This document shows, piece by piece, positions 8,072 through 16,304 of a stretch of DNA of 26,414 bases (position 1 is the stretch's first letter; each line of letters begins with the position of its first letter). The notes beneath the pieces were generated by a model. The model had not been told where the DNA came from. It made no database searches and saw only the letters and a program-made list of their open reading frames with translations. The position numbers and the translations under genes are program-made. The DNA is taken from the NCBI GenBank assembly GCA_023136205.1, contig JAGLRQ010000027.1, positions 1 to 26,414 of the forward strand. The letters are read 5' to 3'. The stretch comes from Candidatus Auribacterota bacterium (GTDB taxonomy: Bacteria > Auribacterota > UBA6266).

Positions 8072-9022
8072 TTACTGTATCTCAATATCCCCCAGCCAGT
8101 TGCCAGTAGGCTCAATGGTAATAATTCGTTGAGCGGTCTTAGTATTTGGTACAGGAGTACTATCCGAAATAAAAATACTCCTTAAGCCAACGGGAATATT
8201 CCCATTATACAAACCCGTTCCTACTGCACCAGTTTCAAAACGGAAGTATTGATCCGCATCAAATTGGTCACCAGAAATAGCATCTGGAGTAGGATTTAAT
8301 AAAGTTTCAACACCATTTAGAGGAACATATAAACTAACTGTAACAGGGGAAGTATACCCGGGCAGTACAGACGGCAATTTCACTCTCCCTGCCAGAGGTG
8401 CCATATATTCGGCCTCCCTTATCGTTATTTCAATATCAACATCGTATCCTGTCTCTCCGCCTACATCATTGATATTATCTGCCCCATAACTTTCAATCGT
8501 AATATCTCCGCCTCCTATGGTAAAACGAAAAGGATTACCCCAGCCGTCATTTAATTTCTCCTGCCCTGGAACTTCTCCTGTTCTCAAAGGCGGAACTTCA
8601 ATATAAGGCCCGCGCCACCCCATCCAGGTTCGCGATATTGCTCTATACCCCCATATAACACTATCTGGTATATCTACAAAATCAATTGTGTCACCATCGG
8701 CATTAAAATCTCTCGTCCAAAGTCCCTTAGGCTGGCCATTTGGATCCGCAACCCCATTTTCATCGACCAAATTGGGCAATCCACCCATATCCGCCGCATA
8801 GCCGGCAAATTGCCTCTGGCCATTCGTATAAGAACCAGAACTACCTAAAATTGTCTTTTTAATCTCCGCCATCCTCAGCCTTGTTTCGTCAAACCGTTTC
8901 TGGTCATCATCTTTCATAAAAACCTGAGCCGCCATTGCCACTATAAAACCCAGAATAACCAGAACAACCAGAACTTCGATGAGGGTAAAACCTTGTTTTA
9001 AATAAATTTTTGATTTCTGCAT
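8072..9022 (-). CDS. GspG-like (T2SSG-type) pseudopilin with a C-terminal extension
   Basis: 316 aa. It has a canonical prepilin motif MQKSKIYLKQG|FTLIEVLVVLVILGFIVAMAA. T2SSG-type motifs: GWRGPYIE, DGWGNPFRF, IESYGADNINDVGG. The C-terminal extension contains IPVGLR. Confidence 0.85.
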   Translation of the reverse strand: MQKSKIYLKQGFTLIEVLVVLVILGFIVAMAAQVFMKDDDQKRFDETRLRMAEIKKTILGSSGSYTNGQRQFAGYAADMGGLPNLVDENGVADPNGQPKGLWTRDFNADGDTIDFVDIPDSVIWGYRAISRTWMGWRGPYIEVPPLRTGEVPGQEKLNDGWGNPFRFTIGGGDITIESYGADNINDVGGETGYDVDIEITIREAEYMAPLAGRVKLPSVLPGYTSPVTVSLYVPLNGVETLLNPTPDAISGDQFDADQYFRFETGAVGTGLYNGNIPVGLRSIFISDSTPVPNTKTAQRIITIEPTGNWLGDIEIQ

Positions 9023-9034
9023 TTTGATTTTATC

Positions 9035-9773
<739 letters not shown>

Positions 9774-9795
9774 TTTTTGTTTTTTTTTGCCGACC

Positions 9796-9823
9796 GTCGA
9801 CTGTAGACTGTTAACTGTAGACT
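9796..9823. repeat. 14-bp tandem duplication (GTCGACTGTAGACT / GTTAACTGTAGACT, 12 of 14 identical)
   Basis: Read directly from the sequence. It lies in the 64-nt spacer between the TPR-protein stop (9828) and the pseudopilin ATG (9763). Confidence 0.9.
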
Positions 9824-9827
9824 TATT

Positions 9828-10811
9828 TTATTCATGGTTTTCTTTCTCAATGTATTCAAGAAGCCTGTCTGAAAGCGCGGCAGATTCTTTTGAATTAAAC
9901 CCCTTTAAAAGTTTGTACTCTTTTTTTGCTGCTTCTATATCTGCCATACTTATATATAAAATCCCAAGATTATAGTGGGCTTTGAAATCATCAGGTGAAA
10001 GCGAGTTATATTTCTTATAGGCTTCTATCGCCTCTCTGTATCTTTTTGATTTTCCGTAACAGACACCGAGTTTAAAATATGCTTCCTTATCATCAGGATG
10101 TTCTTTAATCAGCTCTTTTAATTTTATAGTTGCCTCTTCATACTTACTCATTCCCATAAGATAAACGATTATCTGTCTTTTCCCTGTATCACTTTCCATC
10201 CATCCCTTAGCCCTTTTTTCTTTCCATTCTTTTATATTCAAAAGGCCGATATTTTCAAAAGAGATTCCCTTTAAGGTAGGTATAGCATAAACATAATTCT
10301 TATCCCGGATAAAAAACTCAATAATCCCCAAAACCTGCCCCTCTTTATTAAAAACAGGCAACCCCCTTATCTTTGGCATTTTAGAGTCTATTTCTATTTT
10401 TATCCTGTCTTCTATAGAGATAATTTTCCCTCTTATAGCATCCTCTCCAGGTACCTTTATATATACTTTTTCGTTTTCCTTTATCTCCCTGGCAAAATCT
10501 GCCTTTTTAAATCCATTCTCAGCAATTTTTATCTTTAGTAACTTCTTCTCTGTATTCCTTCCGCAAATCCCCTTTATTTCAAATTCTTTGCCTTCTGATT
10601 TTAAAACCGCTCTTTCCACACCGGAAAATACATAATAATGTGTAAGCACTTCGTTTTCTGAAATAAATATGCCTGCCTCTTTGCCGATAACCTTATCTTT
10701 TTGATTGTAAATCTGGATTATGGCAATGGAATCATCACCTGCAGTACAAAAAGTAAGCTGGGAAAAAAGAAAAAAGAAAATTAAAAAAGAAATCTTTGCT
10801 TTGCTCAACAT
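9828..10811 (-). CDS. Secreted protein with a degenerate (probably inactive) trypsin/HtrA-like domain fused to C-terminal TPR repeats
   Basis: 327 aa with a signal peptide (ISFLIFFFLFSQLTFCTAG). The N-domain follows the S1C pattern: GKEAGIFISENEVLTHYYVF, KKLLKIKI, KIRGLPVFNKEGQVLGII, YVYAIPT. The C-terminal TPR units are HPDDKEAYFKLGVCYGKSKRYREAIEAYKKYNSLSPDDFKAHYNLGILY. Confidence 0.6.
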   Translation of the reverse strand: MLSKAKISFLIFFFLFSQLTFCTAGDDSIAIIQIYNQKDKVIGKEAGIFISENEVLTHYYVFSGVERAVLKSEGKEFEIKGICGRNTEKKLLKIKIAENGFKKADFAREIKENEKVYIKVPGEDAIRGKIISIEDRIKIEIDSKMPKIRGLPVFNKEGQVLGIIEFFIRDKNYVYAIPTLKGISFENIGLLNIKEWKEKRAKGWMESDTGKRQIIVYLMGMSKYEEATIKLKELIKEHPDDKEAYFKLGVCYGKSKRYREAIEAYKKYNSLSPDDFKAHYNLGILYISMADIEAAKKEYKLLKGFNSKESAALSDRLLEYIEKENHE

Positions 10812-10861
10812 TATAATCCCGTCTTATTTGTCCATCTATCTATCTATAAAAACTTTTTAAA

Positions 10862-10907
10862 GAAGAAAAGGAAGGGGACAGAAGATACCTACCCCCTTCT
10901 CCTTCTT
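10862..10907 (-). terminator. Candidate intrinsic terminator/attenuator hairpin just downstream of the first (major) pilin gene
   Basis: On the minus-strand RNA, GAAGGAGAAGGGG pairs with CCCCUUCCUUUUCUUC across a loop of about 14 nt. This gives 7 perfect G/C-rich base pairs, then an internal loop, then 5 more base pairs. A U-rich stretch UUUAAAAAGUUUUU follows. Confidence 0.4.
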
Positions 10908-10934
10908 TCAAGCCTTTAATAGAGATTAGAAGGT

Positions 10935-11969
10935 TTAATGAATAGTTTCAATCCCCCAAGCCTCTACTACTTCCGGATACCTGTGTCCTTCCGGGCAGAA
11001 AATGTCAAAAGCTGCTCTCTTATACTCCCCATCCACATAGGTCAAATCAAATCTCTTTTTTTGTGAGGTTGCATCAGAAGAGTCTGCCCAGCAGGTTATA
11101 TCCTCATGCACACCACTGCCGGAAAAGCTGTCAACAGTTTCCTGTAAACGAGGAAGCACTACTACATACCACCCCCACATCGTATCATCAGCCGCTGCCC
11201 GCTCAAAACTAGGGCACTGGCCTTCAGCGGCAATAATCCTGTGCATTAACTCGCTATCAGGGCCGATACCCAAAATAAGCCTGTAAGCCCATTTCGGATC
11301 AGCAATGTCCTCACCTACCGCGTTCCAATCAGCATGGTTTGCCCAGCCCGTGCCATCACCAACGTTATCACCTCCGCCAATCATCGGCCAGGTCATGCCT
11401 GCCGGCGCGGCAGTAAGGTCAATTAAACAAAATTGTGAGGCATCATTCGCTGGAGCACCGCCCCACAAACCAGCAGGTCCATCTGCATCGTCAGAATTAT
11501 TTAACACAACTACTTCACGTATTCCCAGGTCATTAACAATTTCGTCAACTTCATCCACATTCAACACATGCGGCATAAGGCGAATTCTTTCCAATATGGC
11601 GCTTGTGAATACCTCATTACCATCTGCAATAACATTTTCTTCTGTCGGGCCATGCCAGGTACCGGCGGTATCATCGTAATAAGCAGGCACCATCATCTTG
11701 TCAGGCAATTTGCTATACTGTGTCTCAAAGGCAGAGACATACTTTTTGCTCTCCTTAATATTGCTGTCGCAGATGGTGTCCTCCGCATCCTGAAAAACGC
11801 CTAATAATTTCGGGGCAATCATCGCAAGAAGGAAACCCATGATCATGATTACCACAAGCATTTCAAGAAGCGTAAAACCCTGATTCCTCCTGCTTTTGCA
11901 TTTTTCCGTACATTTAGTACACATTTCCTTGCTTCTCCTTTTGTTTTTTTCCGCAAGCAACTTACCCAC
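10935..11969 (-). CDS. Large type IV pilin-like prepilin, first gene of the operon and candidate major subunit
   Basis: 344-aa ORF starting at GTG 11969. An alternative ATG at 11924 is preceded by AAAGGAGAA and gives the leader MCTKCTEKCKSRRNQG. The prepilin motif is NQG|FTLLEMLVVIMIMGFLLAMIAPK. The mature C-terminal domain of about 300 aa is rich in Asp, Gly, Ala and Trp, and I do not recognise its family. Confidence 0.8.
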   Translation of the reverse strand: MGKLLAEKNKRRSKEMCTKCTEKCKSRRNQGFTLLEMLVVIMIMGFLLAMIAPKLLGVFQDAEDTICDSNIKESKKYVSAFETQYSKLPDKMMVPAYYDDTAGTWHGPTEENVIADGNEVFTSAILERIRLMPHVLNVDEVDEIVNDLGIREVVVLNNSDDADGPAGLWGGAPANDASQFCLIDLTAAPAGMTWPMIGGGDNVGDGTGWANHADWNAVGEDIADPKWAYRLILGIGPDSELMHRIIAAEGQCPSFERAAADDTMWGWYVVVLPRLQETVDSFSGSGVHEDITCWADSSDATSQKKRFDLTYVDGEYKRAAFDIFCPEGHRYPEVVEAWGIETIH

Positions 11970-12130
11970 TAAGTTTTCCCTGCAGTTGTTCTGTATAAAT
12001 TTCTAAACCAGTATATTTCTTCAAGCCCCACGCTGACAGAAAACAATTGTCACAAGTTATTCTTATTTGTCTCTCACCTCCCTTTTTTAAGTGCGCAAGG
12101 TACAAGCACGCAAGCTAAACAGATATGTTT

Positions 12131-12367
12131 TTACGCTCTTGTACTCTTACCTGTGCCCATTGGGGTATACTCTTGTGTTCTAACATAGTTCACTACAAAC
12201 CTATATTGTTTACCACAATGGATGATCACTTCTTTCTGTCCTTTCTTGAGAATGCGGAATTCAACTTTTATTTCTCCATAACCATCATGTAAGAATACCT
12301 CATCATAAAGATTATTAAGCTTTGCTTTTACTTCTTTATTTGTATGCCCTTTTGCCATCATCCTCAT
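12131..12367 (-). CDS. Small hypothetical protein, possibly DUF2292/YezD-like
   Basis: 78 aa. The segment YGEIKVEFRILKKGQKEVIIHCGKQYRF resembles the YezD-family pattern (hydrophobic-G-x-V/I-x-I ... K-x-R-F). The match is weak and made from memory only. Confidence 0.4.
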   Translation of the reverse strand: MRMMAKGHTNKEVKAKLNNLYDEVFLHDGYGEIKVEFRILKKGQKEVIIHCGKQYRFVVNYVRTQEYTPMGTGKSTRA

Positions 12368-12482
12368 ATTTCAGATCCAAGACTATTTATTAGATGCAGG
12401 TAATTAAGTTATATATGCCTAACTTTTAAGCCAAAAAAAAAGTTTTGATATTAAACATACCTACCATTAAACTTAAAATTTT

Positions 12483-12953
12483 TCATTTTTTTGGACAACC
12501 TTCCGGGCGTTTTTGATGTTCGCTAAAATAATAAAAATTTTCCAACCAATCGGGGTTTTTTCCTTCAACGGAATATGTTTCAATAAATTTTACAAAATCA
12601 ATGATTTTCCTTAAAGTTTCCTTGCTCAAATAATGTTCAATCTTACAGGCATCCTCCTCAGCAGTTTTTTCTTCAATTCCAAGAATCCGGTTGAGAAACT
12701 TTTTCAATGTACTATGTCTTTCGTAGAGATTTTCCGCCTGGTTAAGCCCTTCATTGGTAAGCTTTATATAACCGTAGTGCTCATGCACAACTAAATTTTT
12801 TTCCTCTAAGTGCTTTAAAGCTTCTATAACCGATGGAGGTTTGACATCAATAAACTTCGCGACATCTTTTACCCGCACATGTTCCTTTTCTTTTTTTATA
12901 ATTAAAATACTCTCGAGATAATCTTCCAGAGCAGGACTCATTAACCTAGACAC
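12483..12953 (-). CDS. DtxR/IdeR/MntR-family metal-dependent transcriptional repressor
   Basis: 156 aa. The N-terminal winged HTH is LEDYLESILIIKKEKEHVRVKDVAKFIDVKPPSVIEALKHLEEKNLV. The dimerisation/metal domain is YERHSTLKKFLNRILGIEEKTAEEDACKIEHYLS. An AGGGGG Shine-Dalgarno lies 5 nt upstream of GTG 12953. Confidence 0.88.
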   Translation of the reverse strand: MSRLMSPALEDYLESILIIKKEKEHVRVKDVAKFIDVKPPSVIEALKHLEEKNLVVHEHYGYIKLTNEGLNQAENLYERHSTLKKFLNRILGIEEKTAEEDACKIEHYLSKETLRKIIDFVKFIETYSVEGKNPDWLENFYYFSEHQKRPEGCPKK

Positions 12954-12982
12954 TTTTGCCCCCTATTTGTTAGATAAAGCTA

Positions 12983-13011
12983 AATATATTAGGCTTCCCT
13001 ATTTTTGTCAA
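12983..13011 (-). promoter_or_regulatory. Sigma70-type promoter of the DtxR-family gene, with a DtxR-box-like operator in the spacer
   Basis: On the minus strand: TTGACA, a 17-nt spacer, then TATATT. The spacer and -10 read TAGGGAAGCCTAATATA; by hand I count 13 of 19 matches to the DtxR box TTAGGTTAGCCTAACCTAA. In a 48-nt alignment, 38 positions are identical to the feoA promoter. Confidence 0.6.
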
Positions 13012-13113
13012 GGAAAATTATTTAAATCTATAAATCGCTCAAACTAATCCAGTCCAGGAATACTTCCTGCGTGGTAAATAATAAACGCTAAAACCCAGGC
13101 AATTGCTGTTGTA

Positions 13114-14823
13114 TTATAAAATCGCGTTCAGCAAACCTCCAACAATTAAACTACTTATCAGCATGGCCAGGACACTTTTAAGCGTATCAGTTATACCTAA
13201 CTCCTTAAATAGGACAACAAAAGTAGCAATACAGGGGAAAGACATTGCCAGGGCGGTAGCAGCAACCACAAGCTGCTTGGCAGTCAAATCAAGTGTCCCA
13301 AGCATGCCCACCGCGACATCTTTACGAAGAAACCCTATCGCCATTGCTATAACTGCCTCTTTAGGTAATCCGAATACATTAGTAATAAGCGGTGCGGCAA
13401 AATCAGCCAGAACATCGAATATTTTCAGGAAATAAAGAATATTTACCACCATAATTCCTAACAGCACTATGGGAAGAGCTTCTTTTAAAAAGGCTGCCAT
13501 CCTCATCCAGAGTTTTTTAACCACTGTTTGTAGAGACGGCATCCGATAAGGAGGCACTTCCATAATCAAGCCCTGACTTTCTCCCTTAAGAATCATGTTC
13601 AGGATTCGGCCAAGAACAACCCAAACTACAAAAAGGCTCAAATATATAATTGCCACATACCTGCCGCCATGCTCCCCAACTAATCCCCATATCATCGCCT
13701 GAAGAGCGGCACAGGGAACCCCTATAGAAATTATCGTCGCCGTTATCAATCTCTCTCTCCGGCTCTCAAGAATTCGGGTAGCCATAATTCCGGGAACATT
13801 ACAACCCAGCCCTAAAAGCGTAGGAATAATAGCCCAGCCGTGAAGACCCATTCGATGCATGAGGTTATCCAGAAGCACAGCCAGCCGGGGCAAATAACCA
13901 GAATCTTCCATAACTCCCAAAACTATGTAGAAGGAAAAAATATAAGGCAAAACCATACCTATAGGAACAAAAAGGCCAGTGGTAAGAACTCCGAAAGACT
14001 GGACAAAATCAATTTCCCCATCAATTAACTTTCCGATTATAATAGAGCGAAGGAAACTTCCCGGATCTAAAATTGAACTCAATTGCATCATTAGAGGCTG
14101 CCAGAACCGCTCAAAAATCGGCTCAAAAACATTCCCGATTAACCATTCCCCAATAAAGCGAATAACTTTAAATGCGGCAAACATAACCAGAATGGCTATG
14201 GGAATCCCGCTCAGCGGCTTAACAGAAGCATCGCCAATAACTTCTAGCAGTGTGTGATGCCGGTGTTGTAATAACTGAACTTTGTCAAGAATCCTGCCTG
14301 CTTCCGTCCATTTTTCTTCCTCAGAACGCCTGGCAACCTTAGGATTACAAGCCTGGGGTATGCGCGAGACCAGTTCCTTAATGCCTTCTCCTGTAACCGC
14401 TACGGTTGGAACTACCGGAACACCAAGAAGCTCCTCCATCTTTTTAACATCAATTGTAATGCCTTTATGTTTGGCATCATCCCAGATATTGAGGGCTATA
14501 ATAACCGGTATATTTCTCTCCAAAAGATGCAATGTAAGATGAAGATTCCTTTCAAGGTTGGTAGCATCAACAACATTAATAACTGCATCTCCGTCTTTAA
14601 GCATTTCTACGGCTATCTTTTCTGCTTTAGAGGTAGCTTCCAGGCCATATGTACCGGGAACATCAATAAGAATGGCTTCCTCATCTCCTATTTTCATTGT
14701 CCCCTGAGTAAACTCAACTGTGGTTCCCGGATAATTGGAAGCAATTACATGTATTCCTGTAAGCCGGGAGAAAACTGCGCTCTTACCCACGTTAGGATTA
14801 CCCATAAGCAGTATTTTCTTCAT
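13114..14823 (-). CDS. feoB: Ferrous iron transporter FeoB (G-domain plus membrane permease)
   Basis: 569 aa. The G1 motif is MGNPNVGKSAVFSRLTG, followed by DVPGTYGL and NIWD. A polytopic membrane domain follows. The start overlaps the feoA stop by 4 nt. Confidence 0.95.
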   Translation of the reverse strand: MKKILLMGNPNVGKSAVFSRLTGIHVIASNYPGTTVEFTQGTMKIGDEEAILIDVPGTYGLEATSKAEKIAVEMLKDGDAVINVVDATNLERNLHLTLHLLERNIPVIIALNIWDDAKHKGITIDVKKMEELLGVPVVPTVAVTGEGIKELVSRIPQACNPKVARRSEEEKWTEAGRILDKVQLLQHRHHTLLEVIGDASVKPLSGIPIAILVMFAAFKVIRFIGEWLIGNVFEPIFERFWQPLMMQLSSILDPGSFLRSIIIGKLIDGEIDFVQSFGVLTTGLFVPIGMVLPYIFSFYIVLGVMEDSGYLPRLAVLLDNLMHRMGLHGWAIIPTLLGLGCNVPGIMATRILESRRERLITATIISIGVPCAALQAMIWGLVGEHGGRYVAIIYLSLFVVWVVLGRILNMILKGESQGLIMEVPPYRMPSLQTVVKKLWMRMAAFLKEALPIVLLGIMVVNILYFLKIFDVLADFAAPLITNVFGLPKEAVIAMAIGFLRKDVAVGMLGTLDLTAKQLVVAATALAMSFPCIATFVVLFKELGITDTLKSVLAMLISSLIVGGLLNAIL

Positions 14824-15059
14824 CGTTCTACCTCCACAATAACCTTATAGGACATCCCAAATCCAAGAGCTATCTGTGTGCTGCCTACACGCACAATGAT
14901 CGGGCCGCGCCCAAAAGCCGCGTTTACCCTGGTAATCTTTTTCCCGGGCCTGATCCCCAGCGCGCACAAGCGATTATGCACCCCCCGCCCACCAATAAAC
15001 TCAACGGCTGTACCTGTCTCACCGGCGTTCATATCGGTTAAAGAAATCCGTTCCACCAT
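14820..15059 (-). CDS. feoA: FeoA-domain protein
   Basis: 79 aa. It is SH3-like FeoA (LTDMNAGETGTAVEFIGG...RLCALGIRPGKKI). It sits directly upstream of and overlaps feoB. A GAGGTGA Shine-Dalgarno is present. Confidence 0.85.
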   Translation of the reverse strand: MVERISLTDMNAGETGTAVEFIGGRGVHNRLCALGIRPGKKITRVNAAFGRGPIIVRVGSTQIALGFGMSYKVIVEVER

Positions 15060-15094
15060 ATCTTCACCTCTTCTTTAAATATTAGACACAGATA

Positions 15095-15123
15095 GATATA
15101 TTAGGTATTCCTAACTTTGTCAA
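15095..15123 (-). promoter_or_regulatory. Sigma70-type promoter of feoAB, with a palindromic DtxR-box-like operator in the spacer
   Basis: On the minus strand: TTGACA, a 17-nt spacer, then TATATC. The spacer contains the inverted repeat TTAGGAATACCTAA (plus strand 15101-15114). Confidence 0.6.
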
Positions 15124-15150
15124 GAAAAAAGCTACTCCTTAATTTTTCTC

Positions 15151-15816
15151 TTAAATTTTTTTAGCATTAATAACCACAAAGCCACCTTTGCCAAACCCCT
15201 TTTGCGGCCTTTCAACTGAATTTATTTTGTTAGGAAAGTTAAACAAAATTTGATAATAACAAAACCGGCTGAATCCTGTAGTTTTAATTAAATCCGTTAA
15301 TTCCCTGACATTGAAAAAATTTGCCTGTTTGTAAAATACACCCTTCTTTTTCTGATAGAATTTACCCAAAAAGTTATCTTTATCGATAATGCCAATAATA
15401 AGCTTCCCGTTTTTCTTTAAAACTCTTCTGGATTCTTTCAAAACTTTTTGTGGATCTCTGACAAAACATAAAGTAATAATAATCGCTACGTAATCAAAAG
15501 AACTGCTTCTAAACGGCAGGCGTTCACCAAAACCTAATCGTGCATCCACACCTCTTTTTTGGGCAATCCTTATCATGTTTTTTGATGAGTCAATACCGGT
15601 TGTAATGCCCAAAGGCGCGGCAAATCTCCCCGTGCCGACACCGATTTCTAACCCCTTACCTCTTTTAGGTAAAACTTTTTTAACGGCTTCCAGCTCTGAT
15701 AAATATGCAAACTTATTCTTGTCATACCAGGCGTCATACTTCTTATGATAATGATTAAATATATTCACTTTGATTAAAATTTGCCATTTTATAACCCTGC
15801 CTTTATTGCAGGACAA
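15151..15816 (-). CDS. Class I SAM-dependent methyltransferase (Methyltransf_11-like)
   Basis: Motif I is GLEIGVGTGRFA, the post-I motif is GIDSS, and a later segment reads VLKKNGKLIIG. The 5' end overlaps the upstream gene by 28 nt, so the true start may be internal (GTG 15768). Confidence 0.8.
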   Translation of the reverse strand: MSCNKGRVIKWQILIKVNIFNHYHKKYDAWYDKNKFAYLSELEAVKKVLPKRGKGLEIGVGTGRFAAPLGITTGIDSSKNMIRIAQKRGVDARLGFGERLPFRSSSFDYVAIIITLCFVRDPQKVLKESRRVLKKNGKLIIGIIDKDNFLGKFYQKKKGVFYKQANFFNVRELTDLIKTTGFSRFCYYQILFNFPNKINSVERPQKGFGKGGFVVINAKKI

Positions 15817-16163
15817 ACTGTAACTTTAGATACTATGGAATTAGATATAAGGCAATTCTTCTCAGCAAGTTCTATAAGCTCTTTTGCCTTTTCGATTTGA
15901 TTACTCGAAGCAACTACAATCTTGGGCCTGACTTTGATTTCGGAAAACATAAACTGATTTTTTACTCTTTCCAAAACTCCTTCTGCTTCGCTCTCATAGC
16001 TTAAAAATTCAAAATTGATCCTCTGAGCATAGTGTAAAAAGGTGGTTTTAATACAAATATTAACTGATGCGACAAACAATTCTTCCGGTGTCCATATCCC
16101 TTCATGCCCTTTGAATTCCGGAGGGGTTGCTACTTCGATAGTTGGTTTACCGGCTGAACACAA
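15789..16163 (-). CDS. OsmC/Ohr-family protein; the true start is probably upstream of the TTG used by the track
   Basis: The sequence GKPTIEVATPPEFKGHEGIWTPEELFVASVNICIKTTFL matches the OsmC-family pattern (GKP...PPEF.G....W.PEEL..A....C). The frame stays open upstream to 16265 and encodes KFTYRTNVTWTEEKKG. Confidence 0.8.
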   Translation of the reverse strand: MCSAGKPTIEVATPPEFKGHEGIWTPEELFVASVNICIKTTFLHYAQRINFEFLSYESEAEGVLERVKNQFMFSEIKVRPKIVVASSNQIEKAKELIELAEKNCLISNSIVSKVTVCPAIKAGL

Positions 16164-16304
16164 AATTCCTTTCTTTTCTTCTGTCCATGTTACATTTGTT
16201 CTATAAGTAAATTTTCTATTTTTCTGCTTTCTAATAGGGTAAACCTTTCCTTCCTTAACAAATCCTTAATTCCGCTAACATCTCTATTAATAAAAAATAG
16301 CGGT

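Noticed and set aside
11305-11804. Antisense ORFs of 124 aa and 78 aa opposite the first pilin gene
   Set aside because: Their length is explained by the locally raised G+C content of the pilin gene, which leaves few stop codons on the opposite strand. The translations are Pro/Ser/Ala-rich with no motifs. The sense frame carries a canonical prepilin signature.
11970-12130. A sigma54 (GG-N10-GC) or CRP-like promoter upstream of the pilin operon
   Set aside because: I scanned the minus strand and found no TGGCAC-N5-TTGC-like element and no convincing TGTGA-N6-TCACA. The TGACA...TGTCA inverted repeat has a 10-nt spacer and may be chance. The GGGAGGTGA stretch is followed only by a 4-codon ORF. 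I could not place the promoter with confidence.
12390-12432. A third DtxR-box promoter upstream of the 78-aa ORF
   Set aside because: Only one half-site (CCTAA) and part of the flanking block are retained. The -35 and -10 hexamers are poor at the required spacing. It is mentioned as a weak possibility but not called as a feature.
13103-15078. Several plus-strand ORFs (62-127 aa) opposite feoB and feoA
   Set aside because: They are antisense to strongly supported feoB and feoA frames and show no independent signals.
16186-16188. ATG as the true start of the OsmC-like gene
   Set aside because: It is in a different frame from the OsmC reading frame, 25 nt from the TTG at 16163.
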